From: an uncultured Actinomycetes bacterium
GTDB taxonomy: Bacteria > Actinomycetota > UBA4738 > HRBIN12
Reading direction: 5' to 3'
Assembly (NCBI GenBank): GCA_963790335.1
Contig: CAWBOB010000005.1
Span: forward strand, 11,570-75,569
DNA length: 64,000 nucleotides
Shown: positions 33,942 through 44,674 of the stretch, piece after piece
How the letters are laid out: each line of letters begins with the position of its first letter
Numbering within the stretch: the first letter of the stretch is position 1
Made by a program: the position numbers and the translations under genes
The notes under the pieces: generated by a model
Database searches by the model: none
What the model saw: the letters and a program-made list of their open reading frames with translations, nothing else
Told to the model about the DNA's origin: nothing

Positions 33942-36140
33942 GTGCCCGCTCGGGGGTTCGCACGGGGAGGGACTGTGGCGGGAGAACGACGATCGGCTGG
34001 GCTGGCGGCCGCGCTCGCCGGCGGCGTGGTGATCGGCGCCGTCGAGGTCGTGCTCGCGATCTCGTTCGCCGCGTTGGTGTTCGGAGGCTACCTCGCGTAC
34101 TACCTGCCCAACGGCATCGGCATGTACCTGGTCGCCGCAACCATCACCTTGACGATCCTCGCCCTGCGAGGAGGCACACGCGGGGTGGTCGGGAGCGTGC
34201 AGGACGCCGCGGCCGCGGTGCTCGCGCTCGTCGCCACCACGACCGCGCTCGACGCCTTCGGGAGTCTCGGCCGAGCGTTCCTCACGGTGGTCGCCGCAAC
34301 GATGATCGTGACGGTCCTGACGGGCATCACCTTCGCGCTGCTCGGCGTCTTCCGTCTGGGCAACCTGGTGCGGTTCGTGCCCTATCCGGTCGTGGGCGGC
34401 TTCCTCGCGGGCACGGGATGGCTGCTGTTCAAGGGTGGGATCGGCGTCGCGGCGAGCACCCAGCCGTACATGCGCACGATCGAGGACCTCATGCGTCGCG
34501 ACGATCTGCTCCGCTGGCTGCCTGCCCTGGCCTTCGGCATCGTGCTGCTCGTCGCGACCCGGGTGGTGCGCCGCCCGCTCGTGATCCCGGCGATCATCGC
34601 GATCGGCCTCGCGGTGTTCGCCATCGCGATCCCCCTCAGCGGGTCGACCCTGCAGGAAGCGGAGGACGCGCTCTGGCTGCTCGGCCCCTTCCCTTCGGGC
34701 GCACTGTGGGAAGCGAGCACGATCACCGATGCCGTCTCGGGCGCCGACTGGTCGGCGGTGCTCGGCCAGGTCGCGGGCATCGCCACGACGATCTTCGTCG
34801 CCGTGATCGCGGCCTTGTTCAACATCAGCGGCATCGAGCTCGTGCTGCACACCGATCTCGACACGAACCGCGAGCTGCGCGACGCCGGAGCGTTGAACGT
34901 CGTCTCCGGCGCCTTCGGCGGCATCCCCGGGTACCACGCGCTCAGCCTGAGTGCGCTCGGCAGGCAGATGGGCGTCGACGCGAGGGCCGCGGGGCTCGTC
35001 GCCGCGCTCGTGCCGCTCGCGGCGGTGGTGTTCGGGGCGACGGTCATCGAGGTGATCCCCCGGGTGATCGTCGGGGGTGTGCTGGTCTTCGTGGGGCTCG
35101 GGTTCATCGTCGAGTGGGTCTGGGACAAGCGTCGGTCGCTGCCGGTGAGCGAGTACGTCGTCGTGATCGCGATCCTGGCGACGGTCATCACCCGCGGCCT
35201 GCTGCCCGGCGTCGCCGTCGGACTGGTGCTCGCGGTGGCGTTGTTCGCCGTGAACTACAGCCGGGTGGAGCAGGTCGGCGAGGTGCACCTGGGCGAGACG
35301 TACCACAGCAACGTCGACCGTCCGGCCGGCGAGCGCGAGGCCCTGCGATCGGTGGGCGATCGGGCACAGATCCTGCGCCTGCACGGCTTCGTGTTCTTCG
35401 GAACGGCGACCAGTCTGCTCGAGCGCATCCGCAAGCGGGTGGAAGCCGGAGGGCTCCGGTTCCTGCTCGTCGACCTGCGGCGCGTCTCGGGCGTCGACTC
35501 CTCGGCGGTCACGTCGCTCCGCAAGGTGGTGCAGCTCGCCGAGGCGAACCGCTTCGAGCTCGTGTTCACCGATGCGTCCGAGTCGGTGGCCAGGCAGCTC
35601 AGTCGGGGTGGCATCGCCGCGCTCGACGGCGTGGTTCGCTTCGAACCCGACCTCGACCGTGGCCTTCAGCGTTGTGAGGACGAGCTGCTCGCCGATCCCG
35701 CCTCGGCGACGCCCCAGGACGACGCGTCGGCCGAAGCGCTCGCCGGCATGCCCCCGCAGCTGTGGACCTACCTCGAGCGCATGCCGCTCGCCGAAGGCGA
35801 CTCGCTCATGCGTCAGGGCGATCCGCCCGACGACGTGTTCGTGCTGGAATCGGGCAGGTTGAGCGTGGAGATGGTGACGCCCGAAGGCACGCGCATGCGG
35901 CTGCGCGTGGTGCGCCCCGGCGTGGTGGTCGGCGAGATCGCGATGTACACGGGCGTGCCCCGCACGGCCGACGTGGTGGCCGAGACAGCGAGCGTGGTGC
36001 TGCGACTCAGCGGCCGATCGATCGCCCAGCTGGAAGCGGATCAGCCGGAGCTCGCCGCGGCGTTGCACCGCTGGCTCGCGACGACCCTGTCGGAACGCAT
36101 GACCGACACGATGCGAGCCTTCGACGCGCTGCTGGACTGA
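33942..36140 (+). CDS. SulP-family anion transporter fused to STAS and cyclic-nucleotide-binding domains
   Basis: Intact 732-aa ORF with a multi-helix SulP core. STAS region (...ILRLHGFVFFGTATSLLERI...FLLVDLRRVSGVDSSAV...). C-terminal cNMP-binding beta-roll (LMRQGDPPDDVFVLESGRLSVEM...RPGVVVGEIAMYTGVPRTADVVA). GTG 33975 behind GGGGAGGG is an alternative start. Confidence 0.85.
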   Translation: MPARGFARGGTVAGERRSAGLAAALAGGVVIGAVEVVLAISFAALVFGGYLAYYLPNGIGMYLVAATITLTILALRGGTRGVVGSVQDAAAAVLALVATTTALDAFGSLGRAFLTVVAATMIVTVLTGITFALLGVFRLGNLVRFVPYPVVGGFLAGTGWLLFKGGIGVAASTQPYMRTIEDLMRRDDLLRWLPALAFGIVLLVATRVVRRPLVIPAIIAIGLAVFAIAIPLSGSTLQEAEDALWLLGPFPSGALWEASTITDAVSGADWSAVLGQVAGIATTIFVAVIAALFNISGIELVLHTDLDTNRELRDAGALNVVSGAFGGIPGYHALSLSALGRQMGVDARAAGLVAALVPLAAVVFGATVIEVIPRVIVGGVLVFVGLGFIVEWVWDKRRSLPVSEYVVVIAILATVITRGLLPGVAVGLVLAVALFAVNYSRVEQVGEVHLGETYHSNVDRPAGEREALRSVGDRAQILRLHGFVFFGTATSLLERIRKRVEAGGLRFLLVDLRRVSGVDSSAVTSLRKVVQLAEANRFELVFTDASESVARQLSRGGIAALDGVVRFEPDLDRGLQRCEDELLADPASATPQDDASAEALAGMPPQLWTYLERMPLAEGDSLMRQGDPPDDVFVLESGRLSVEMVTPEGTRMRLRVVRPGVVVGEIAMYTGVPRTADVVAETASVVLRLSGRSIAQLEADQPELAAALHRWLATTLSERMTDTMRAFDALLD

Positions 36141-36164
36141 CGTCGTCCGGCGTGAGCCGACGGC

Positions 36165-36413
36165 TCATGCGCAGAGCGAGCACCGGTCGGCGTAGTTGTA
36201 CACGCTCAGCCGTGTGGTGCATCCGGCGCCCGCGCACGTGCGCCCCGCGGGCATCGGCGCGCGTCGCCTCGGCGAGGCGCTGAGACGCTGCCGCCGCAGC
36301 CGTTGGCACGGCGGGCACCAGCGGCTCGTGCCGAAATGGCCGCACGGCCTGACGTCGTGGCACATCGGGCACTCGCGGTATCCCCGGCAGGGGCACTCGG
36401 GGTAGTCGTCCAT
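36165..36413 (-). CDS. Cysteine-rich 82-aa protein (putative multi-zinc-ribbon)
   Basis: MDDYPECPCRGYRECPMCHDVRPCGHFGTSRWCPPCQRLRRQRL...RTCAGAGCTTRLSVYNYADRCSLCA: 12 Cys arranged in CxC/CxxC pairs plus a basic linker. ATG comp. 36411-36413. The ORF-track entry extends to 36713. Confidence 0.5.
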   Translation of the reverse strand: MDDYPECPCRGYRECPMCHDVRPCGHFGTSRWCPPCQRLRRQRLSASPRRRAPMPAGRTCAGAGCTTRLSVYNYADRCSLCA

Positions 36414-36582
36414 CACCCCCAAGCCTAGGCGCGAACGACGGGGAGCGAGGCATCCGAAGCCGTCGATGCGTACGGCGTCCGGCTCCCTCCGAAGGGCTCC
36501 TGGCGCCTCACCCATTCGGCTGATGCGCCATCGAGCCATCCGTCGGACGATGTCCCCCCCTCGAGACAGGACGAACGGCGGC

Positions 36583-37987
36583 ATGTTCAAGCGAGTCACG
36601 ATCTGGTTCCTGTCGATCGCGGCGCTCGCCCCGGCGAGCATCGGGGCGAGTGCGATCCTCGCGGACAGCATCGACGGCGGGCCCGCCCGGCCCAACATCG
36701 TGCTCATCGTCACCGACGATCAACGCTGGGACACCTTGGCGCAGATGCCGGGCGTGCAGCGGCTGCTGGCTGATCGAGGGCTCACCTTCGAGAACGCGTT
36801 CGTGACCAATCCCCTGTGTTGTCCATCACGATCGGCGATCCTGACCGGGACCCACTCGCACACCACGGGCGTGTACACGAACGAGGGTGACCACGGCCTG
36901 AGCGCCTTCGACGATCGCTCGACGGTCGCCACCTGGCTCGACCGAGCGGGGTACGAGACCGCGTTCATCGGCAAGTACTTCAACGGCGCCTGGCCTGCCG
37001 CCTACGTGCCGCCGGGGTGGGACCGGTGGGCCGCGTTCCGCAACGCCGGCGACCTCTACTACGACTACGACCTGCTCGTCGACGGCAGGCCCCGCCGATT
37101 CGGGTCCAACGACGGTTCGTACTCCACGAACGTGCTGGCGGGCTACGCCGATCGCTTCATCCGCAAGGCGCCCGGCGACGATCCCATGTTCCTGATGCTC
37201 TCCACGTTCGCTCCCCACGCTCCTCGCACGCCGCCGCCCGGTCCGACGACCGCCGAGACGGGCCGCTGGCACCCGGGCCCGAACCTTCGCGAGACCGACG
37301 TCTCCGACAAGCCCGAGTACATCCGCACGCTGCCGCACGCGGGTGAGAGCCGCGTCATCCAGGCACGCCGAGCCTGGGCGGAACAGGTGGCTGCGCTGCG
37401 ATCGGTCGACACCCTGGTCACGCTCGTCGTGCGAGCCCTCAGGGAGACCGGACGGCTCGACGACACGCTGATCGTCTTCACCTCCGACAACGGCCTCGCC
37501 ATCGGTGAGCACGGCTGGACCTACAAGCTCACCCCGTACGAGGAGTCGATCCGTGTGCCGCTCATCATGCGGTACGACCCGCTCACCGACGGCGGCAGCA
37601 CCGACGCCCTCGCGGTCAACGTCGACATCGCGCCGACCATCGCCGCGATCGCAGGTGCGCGGGCACCGGGCGTCGAGGGAACGTCGCTGCTGCCGATCCT
37701 CGATGGAAGCGCCAGCCGAGGTTCGCACCGACTTCCTGATCGAACACATGGAGTACCGCTCGGATCGCGGGATGCCCGATGCCCCGACGTACTGCGCCGT
37801 CCGCACGCGCGACCGGCTGTTCGTGCACTACGCCACCGGCGAGGAAGAGCTCTACGACCTCGACCGCGACCCGTGGCAGCTCGAGAACCTGGCGTCCCTG
37901 CCCGAACGTCGCGAGGAGCTCAGCGCCTTGCGAGCCCGCACGAAGCAGCTCTGCAGACCCGCACCTCCCGGCTTCAGCTGGCGATAG
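36583..37987 (+). CDS. Secreted type I sulfatase (formylglycine-dependent); +1 frame break near 37712-37720
   Basis: Signal peptide MFKRVTIWFLSIAALAPASIGASA. NIVLIVTDDQRWD and the C-x-P-x-R site in NPLCCPSRSAILTG. The C-terminus ...EVRTDFLIEHMEY...LYDLDRDPWQLENL is readable only in the frame of ORF 37505..37987. Span 1405 = 3n+1. Confidence 0.85.
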
Positions 37988-38045
37988 CGCTCGGCCGCGC
38001 GGTCGCGCTAGGGTGGGCGCGGCGCAGCGACCGCCGAAGGAGCGC

Positions 38046-38685
38046 ATGGCCGTGTCGGATCTCTTGCAGCGTGACGTGATGGTCATCAGCCAGAAGGCCA
38101 AGCTGATCGAGATGACCAACGAGTACCGCATCCTCGACGCCGATGGAGCCGAGATCGGGGTCATCAGGCAGGAAGGCCAGTCGAAGCTCAAGAAGGCGCT
38201 GCGACTGTTGAGCGACGTCGACCAGTTCCTCACGCATCGCCTCGCGGTCTACGACGCGACGGGCACCAAGGTGGTGGAGATGGTGCGCCCGCGCAAGATT
38301 CCTGAAGTCCACCCTGCAGATCTTCGATGGAAGCGGCGCCGAGCGGGGTCGCCTCGTGCAGCAGAACGTCGTGGGCAAGAAGCGGTTCTCGCTGCAGAGC
38401 GCCTCGGGCAGCGAGCTCGGCTCGATCGACGCCGAGAACTGGCGTTCCTGGGATTTCGCGATCCACGACGGCAGCGGCGCGGAGGTGGGGCGCATCACGA
38501 AGCGGTGGGCGGGCATCCTGCGCGAAGGGTTCACCACCGCCGATCACTACGTGCTCCAGGTGAGCGGAGCGCCCTCGCCCGACCTGCGTCTGCTGATGGT
38601 GGCGGCCGCGGCGGGGGTCGACACCGCCCTGAAGCAGGACGACACGGGAGGCTTCGGGTTCGGCGGTCTCGACCTGTTCAACTGA
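38046..38685 (+). CDS. Scramblase-family (PF03803-like) protein; +1 frame break near 38298-38303
   Basis: ATG 38046 follows GAAGGAG. Reads MAVSDLLQRDVMVISQKAKLIEMTNEYRILDADGAEIGVIRQEG... | LKSTLQIFDGSGAERGRLVQQNVVGKKRFSLQSASGSELGSIDAENWRSWDFAIHDGSGAEVGRITKRWAG.... The repeated beta-hairpin pattern matches bacterial scramblase-like proteins. Span 640 = 3n+1. Confidence 0.7.
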
Positions 38686-38755
38686 GCCGATCACGGCCGG
38701 GACGTTCCGAGTAGGGTCGACGACGACGGATCGAGTCGACGGTAAGGAGAGGTCA

Positions 38756-39669
38756 ATGCGCGATCGACGCTTCCTGCTCTGCTCCGTGGTGACGGTGCTC
38801 GTGATGGGCACGTCGCTCGGCTCGGTGGCCGCTGCGAGTGTGCCCGAGCGCATCCGGCTGCCCGACGGGTCGCAGCCCGAAGGGCTCGCGATCTCCAACG
38901 CCGGCACCTTCTACACCGGGTCGCTCGCGGACGGCACGATCTACGCCGGCGACGTGGAGACCGGCAGCGTCACGGTGCTGGTGCCGGGTGCGCCGGGCCG
39001 ATCGGCGGTCGGCGTGGAGGTGCGTGGTGCGTACCTCTGGGTCGCGGGCGGGGCCACCGGTCGAGCCTGGGTGTTCCGCCGCGACGGCCAGCTCGTGCGG
39101 ACCTACGTGCTCGAGCCCGGCGGGTTCGTGAACGACGTGGTTGTCACCCACCGGGCCGCGTACTTCACGGACTCGTTCTCGCCCACCCTCTATCGGGTGC
39201 CGATCGTGCGACGGTCGGCCGCTGGGCCCGGGGAGCGTCGAAGCGAGGCCGCTGTCGGGTGACATCACCTACCAGGAAGGCTTCAACGCCAACGGCATCG
39301 ATGTCGTGCGCGGCACGGGCAGCATGGTGATGGTGCAGTCGAACACCGGCATGCTCTTCCGGGTGCGCCCTTCCGGGCGCACGAAGCGCGATCGATCTCG
39401 GCAGCGCGAAGGTGTCGTCGGGCGACGGCGTCGTGGTGCGCGGTCATGACGTCTACGTCGTGCAGAACTTCCTGGACAAGGTGGCGAAGGTGCGACTCTC
39501 CGCGGACCTCGGCAGCGGCCGCGTCGTGAGCCGCACGACCCATCCGGCATTCGACGTGCCGACCTCGGCCGACCTGTTCGAGGGCCATCTGCTCCTCGTG
39601 AACGCGAGGTTCACCACGCCGGCGACGCCCGAGACCCGCTACTGGATCACATCGATCCCACGGCCCTGA
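38756..39669 (+). CDS. Secreted beta-propeller protein (SMP-30/gluconolactonase/LRE-like); two +1 frame breaks (~39210, ~39380)
   Basis: Signal peptide MRDRRFLLCSVVTVLVMGTSLGSVAAAS, then PDGSQPEGLAISNAGTFYTGSLADGTIY.... Continues through ORF-track frames 39141.. (GDITYQEGFNANGIDVV...) and 39412..39669 (SSGDGVVVRGHDVYVVQNF...). Span 914 = 3n+2. Confidence 0.6.
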
Positions 39670-39733
39670 GAGGCACTCGACGCACGCTCACAGAGCGGGG
39701 CTGACGCGGCTCCGCGGAGGCAGAGGGGGGACC

Positions 39734-40667
39734 ATGAACCGGACCATCGCCCGCGGGGCGACGATCGTGTGCGGCTTCCTGGTGATGGCGGCCGTGTTCG
39801 CCGCACCTGCGACCGCACAGACGGCCGGGAGCGGATCCGATGACGACGACCAGATCGTGCTGCACGGCAGCCTGCGGGTCGCCGAAGGGGAAACGGCCGG
39901 CGCTGCCGTGATCTTCGACGGCCCCGCGATCATCGACGGCACCGTCCGGGAGTCGCTCGTCGTGTTCAACGGCCCGGTCGAGATCGCCGGCGAGGTGCGC
40001 AAGGACGTGGTGGTCTTCAACGGCGACGTGGTCGTGCGTTCGGGCGCCACGATCGGGGGCAACCTCGTCACGCAGAGCGACCCGACGGTGGAGCCCGGCG
40101 CGACGGTCACGGGCGAACAGCGATCGGTCAGCACCGAGGTCGACCTCACCGACGTGGGGCTCGCGAGCCGCTTCGCATGGTGGATCGCGTACTCGTTGTC
40201 GGCGCTCGCGCTCGGGCTGATCCTGCTGGCCCTCGCGCCCGCGGCTCGACGAGGCGATCGTGCGCGTCGCCCGGGACCGCCGCGGCCCGTCGATCATCGC
40301 GGGCGTCGCGGTCTTCTTCCTGCTGCCGATCGTCGCGGTCGTGCTGCTCGCGACGGTGGTGGGCATCCCGCTGGGCCTGTTCCTGCTGCTCGCGCTCGCG
40401 CTGCTCTACACGGTGGGCTACGTCGCAGGCGCGCATGCGGTCGGTCGCATGGTCGTGAAGCCACCGGCATCACGCTACGTGGCGTTCCTCGCAGGGCTCG
40501 GCATCGTGCGTCTGCTCGCGCTCGTGCCCGTGGTCGGCGGCATCGTGTGGGCGATCACCACGATCGTCGGTCTCGGCGCGCTCGTGGTGGCCGCCAGGCG
40601 GGTGACGCAGGACTCGGCACCCGTCGTGTCCCCGGCGCCTCCACCGATGCCCACCGTGACGAGCTAG
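39734..40667 (+). CDS. Membrane protein with bactofilin-like (polymer-forming, beta-helical) ectodomain; +1 frame break near 40250
   Basis: Signal peptide, then repeated G-x-V-x-x-x-(V/L)VVF(N/D)G-x-(V/A) turns (AAVIFDGPAIIDGTVRESLVVFNGPVEIAGEVRKDVVVFNGDVVVRSGATIGGNL). TM-rich C-terminus lies in the frame of ORF 40260..40667. Span 934 = 3n+1. Confidence 0.55.
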
Positions 40668-40704
40668 CGCCGACACGATCCGCTCGGGTCGGGGTGGGCC
40701 GTGA

Positions 40705-41845
40705 TCAACAACGGTGGTAGGAGTCGAAGGCGACGACTTCCGACGGCTCGCCGCCGGGGAAGTGGGTGCGGAAGGTCCACAGGTTGTGGGGTGTGCCGTC
40801 GATCGCCGTCAGCCAGCCCCGCACGTCGGGAGCGGCATCCACCGCCCAGGGCCCGGCGTGGCGGCGAACGACGAACGGTCTCGCGGTCCTGCCGTGCTGG
40901 CCCACCGCCCACGCGTCGTTGCCCGACGTGACCACCACGTCGCGCAGGTTCGAGGCGCGATCGAATCGGCGGGCGAGCGACCAGCGGGATCCGTTCCACC
41001 GCACGATCAGACCCCGGCCGTAGCCGTGGCGCCCCGGTGACGTGCCCACGGCCCACAGGGTGTCACCGCTCAGGCCGTCGACCGCCTCGAGGCGACCGCG
41101 GGGTCCGGAGCGGACGGTCCATCCCGACCCGGTGAGACGCGAGGCCAGGGCGTGCGCCGCCTCACCTCGGCGCTTCACGTACCCCACCGCCCAGGCCGAG
41201 TTCGCGACCGTCACCACGTCGGCGAACGCACTCGATCTGCCCGGAGCTCGGACCGTGGATGCGGCGCCACGCTCGGCCGTTCCAACGGAGCACGAGCGGG
41301 GTCTGCGTCGAACCGTCGCCCCGGCCGGACGACGATCCGACGGCCCACAATCGGTGCGTTCCGGGTGTCGCCGCGAGCCCGTCGATCGTCAGCCCTCGGT
41401 CGGCCTGTCCGACGCGGACCAGCCGCCATCGGCCACCGTCCCACCGCGCCGAGATCGCCCGAGACCGCCTGGGGCCGATGAACTCATGGCCGACCACCCA
41501 GATCTCCGACGGGGTGATCGCTTCGATCGCGGTGAGGACCCAGAACCGCGACGGATCGGGCTCGATCGGGAACGGAACCTCCGACCATCGTTGCCCCTCC
41601 CACCGGTAGACGTGGGACTCGTTCCATGATTCGTACCCGTGATCGGAGATGGCCCAGGCGTCGGTGGGCGACACGACGGCCACGTCCATGACGGAACCCA
41701 AGCCCGGTGGTCGTAGCGGGACCCCGCGCCACTCGCCGCACACCGGCCAGCGGGGGTTCGGGCCCGGAACGGCCACGCTCGGGGACGCCGTGACGCCCGA
41801 GAGGCAGATCATCGCGATGACGATGATGCCGGTCGGCCTCTTCAT
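40705..41845 (-). CDS. Secreted repeat protein (blades ending in (A/I)WAVG, propeller-like); +1 frame break near 41222-41230
   Basis: ATG comp. 41843-41845 follows GGAG. Signal MKRPTGIIVIAMICLSGVTASPS. Recurring ...D(V/A)-x-x-x-x-x-x-x-(A/I)W(A/V)(V/I)G...RW(N/D)G-x-x-W units continue across ORF-track 41162..41956 and 40705..41217. The junction reads ...SSGQIECVR | ADVVTVANSAWAVGYV. Span 1141 = 3n+1. Confidence 0.65.
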
Positions 41846-41965
41846 GGCTCCAGAACGAGCCACGCGTCCGATCCTTCCCGTCGAGAGAACCCAGCCTAGA
41901 CGCGCCCGCCCGAGCGTTTCAAGGGGCGGGCCGGCGTCACCGGTCACGCCCGGCACGGGCGGACG

Positions 41966-42634
41966 TCAGCCCACGTCGAGCGGCCCGAACTCGGGCACAC
42001 GCAGCCGAGGGTCGGCCAGGCCGAGCCGCACCAACAGCCAGAACGACAGCTCGACCGAAGGTCCTACCAGCAGCGCGAGGACCAGGGTGCCGACACCGGC
42101 CACGCCACCGAGCGCCAGCCCGGCAGCGAGCACCGCGACCTCGATCGAGCCCCGGACCAGCCCGATGCGCCATCCTGTGCGTCGCGTCAGCGCCAGCATG
42201 AGGGAGTCGCGGGGTCCCGCACCCATGCCGGCGCCGATGTACAGCGCCGACCCCGCCCCGAACAACCACACCCCGAGGGCCACGAGCCCGACCCGCAGGA
42301 TGAGCGGACCCTCGGAGAGCCGCCGGACCGCGTCGATCGAACTCATCACGTCGATGGCGAGACCGATCACGACGGCGTTGGCGACCGTGCCGAACCCGGG
42401 CGGCGCCCCGGCCACCCACGCGACCACGATGATCGCGAGGCCGACGACCACCCCTGCCATGCCGAGCGTGAGCGGCGAGTGCTCGGCGATGCCCATGTGC
42501 AGCACGTCCCACGGGGGCAGGCCGAGCCCTGACTCGAGCAACGAGACGATCGCGGTCGAGACGAGCACGAGGCCGGCGAAGAGCGCGACGAGACGCACGG
42601 GCAGGCTTCCTCGCAGCGACGGGGCGTCTCGCAC
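41966..42634 (-). CDS. YczE/DUF161-like integral membrane protein
   Basis: ...LVALFAGLVLVSTAIVSLLESGLGLPPWDVLHMGIAEH...GAGPRDSLMLAL..., the characteristic G-x-x-PWDVL and GPRD(S/G)LM motifs. The start is uncertain: GTG 42634 is preferred because the ORF-track start 42703 would overlap the divergent gene. Confidence 0.7.
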   Translation of the reverse strand: MRDAPSLRGSLPVRLVALFAGLVLVSTAIVSLLESGLGLPPWDVLHMGIAEHSPLTLGMAGVVVGLAIIVVAWVAGAPPGFGTVANAVVIGLAIDVMSSIDAVRRLSEGPLILRVGLVALGVWLFGAGSALYIGAGMGAGPRDSLMLALTRRTGWRIGLVRGSIEVAVLAAGLALGGVAGVGTLVLALLVGPSVELSFWLLVRLGLADPRLRVPEFGPLDVG

Positions 42635-42680
42635 CCCTGCACGGTAGCCGTGCGGACGGGCCTCGTAGACTCTCGCGACC

Positions 42681-43412
42681 ATGGAGCGAGAGGTCGAGCA
42701 CATCCTGGCGGAACAGGGCCGGTACTACGAAGACCGAGCTCCCGAATACGACGACATCTGGTTCCGGCGCGGCACCTACGATCTGGGACCCGAGGGGAAC
42801 CGTCGCTGGTTCGAAGAGACCGCCCAACTGGAAGCCGCGATCGACGATCTCGATGTCTCCGGTGCCGTGCTCGAGCTGGCGTGCGGCACGGGTCTGATCA
42901 CCCAGCGCCTCGCTCCTCGCGCCGACCGCCTGATCGCGATCGACGCCGCCGAGCCGGTCCTCGCCATCAACCGCGAGCGCGTCTCCGATCCCTCGGTCGA
43001 GTACGTGCACGCCGATCTGTTCACGTGGTCTCCGCCCGACGGCGTGCGGTTCGACGTCATCGTGTTCGCCTTCTTGATCTCGCACATCCCCCCGGCTCGA
43101 ACCGAGGAGTTCTGGCGCCGGGTCGGGGGATGGCTCGCCCCGGGAGGGCGCATGTTCTTCTGTGACGACCTCGCAGGGGCCGAGCACCGCCGTTCGAACC
43201 CGGGTGAGCAGAGCGCGAGCGGACCCTCGTTCGCGCATCGGCGCCGCCTCTCCGACGGCCGCGAGTACACGATCGTGAAGATCTTCTACTCGCCGGCGGA
43301 GCTCGCCGATTCGCTCGCCGAGCTCGGGTTCACCGCCGACATCCGCACGACCGGCTCCGAGTTCTTCTTCGGGGTGGCGCACCCGGCGCGCGCTGCGTCC
43401 CAGGGCATCCTG
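42681..43412 (+). CDS. Class I SAM-dependent methyltransferase; no stop codon before the arginine deiminase start
   Basis: VLELACGTGLITQRLA (motif I), LIAIDAAEPVL, ADLFTW, GGRMFFCD. The ORF runs in frame straight into ATG 43413. A TGA that would overlap that ATG (cc-TGATG-a) exists in the +1 frame. Confidence 0.75.
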
Positions 43413-44631
43413 ATGACACCCGCCGGCGCCGAACGATGCTTCGTCGGCTCGGAAGTCGGCACGCTCCGGCGCGTCATGCTGCACCGGCCCGGGCTCGAGC
43501 TGAAGCGCCTCACACCGTCGACGGCCCGTGAGCTGCTGTTCGACGGCGTGCTCTGGGTGAACCGGGCACAAGAGGAGCACGACGCGTTCGCAGGCGCGCT
43601 CGCGGCGCGAGGGGTCGAGATCGTCTACCTCGACGATCTGCTGGCCGACGTGCTCACGCAGCCAGACGTTCGGGCCGAGCTGATCCAGAGCCTCGATCCG
43701 GCGCTGCTCGGCCCGACCCTGGGCCCCGAGGTCCGGGAGTGGCTCATGGCGCTCGGCTCGGCCGAGCTCGCCGAGCACCTGATCGCCGGCGTGACCTTCG
43801 ACGACCTTCCGTTCACGAGCGACAGCATCGTGCGGCGCATGGGGCGAGGGTTCGTCGCGACGCCGCTGCCCAACACGCTGTTCATGCGCGACACCTCCGC
43901 GTGGATCTACGACGGCGTCTCGATCAGCTCCATGGCGATGCCCGCCCGCACCCGGGAGTCCCTGCACCTGTCGGCCGTCTACCGCAACCACCCGATGTTC
44001 ACCGCATCGTCGTTCGAGGTCTGGAGCGACGAAGCCCACGCGCCCATGTACCTGGAGGGGGGCGACATCCTCGTGATCGGCAACGGCGCCGTGCTGATCG
44101 GCATGGGCGAGCGGACCGATCCGGCCGCGGTCGAGATCCTGGCGACCCGATTGTTCGCGGCCGGCGCTGCGACCCGCGTGATCGCGGTGGAGATCCCGGC
44201 GCAACGCTCGAGCATGCACCTCGACACGGTGCTCACGATGCTCGACGTCGACGCGTTCACGATCTTCCCCGACGTGCGCGAGACCATGACCACCTACGTG
44301 GTCACCCCGGGAGCGCACGGCCTCTCGATCGAGGAGGACGACGATCTCTTCGCGGCGATCGCGCGCGCACTCGACGTTCCGGCGATCCGGCAGTTCGAGA
44401 CCGGCGGCGATCGATTCCAGGCGGAGCGCGAACAGTGGGACGACGGCAACAACGTGCTCGCGATCGCGCCCGGGCGTGGTCGTGGCCTACGAGCGCAACG
44501 TCGACACGAACCAGAAGCTCCGCGACGGCGGCATCGACGTGATCACGATCGACGGCGAGGAGCTCGGACGGGGGCGCGGCGGCCCCCGCTGCATGTCGTG
44601 CCCGATCGAGCGCGACGCCGTCGAGCGCTGA
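43413..44631 (+). CDS. arcA: Arginine deiminase; +1 frame break near 44465-44475
   Basis: [79 protein letters not shown] | [47 protein letters not shown] (catalytic Cys). Stop 44629-44631. Span 1219 = 3n+1. Confidence 0.9.
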
Positions 44632-44674
44632 GCGCACCCCTCCGCACAGCGGGCGGGTCGCGGAACGAGCGGGC

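Noticed and set aside
33705-36068. 787-aa minus-strand ORF, one of the longest in the track
   Set aside because: It is exactly antisense to the SulP-STAS-cNMP gene. Its translation is an Arg/His/Asp/Gly-rich low-complexity string with no motifs, typical of a stop-poor antisense frame in GC-rich DNA.
41937-44318. 793-aa minus-strand ORF
   Set aside because: It is antisense to the YczE, methyltransferase and arginine deiminase genes, which all carry unambiguous motifs. The composition is again R/G/H/D-rich with no recognisable domain.
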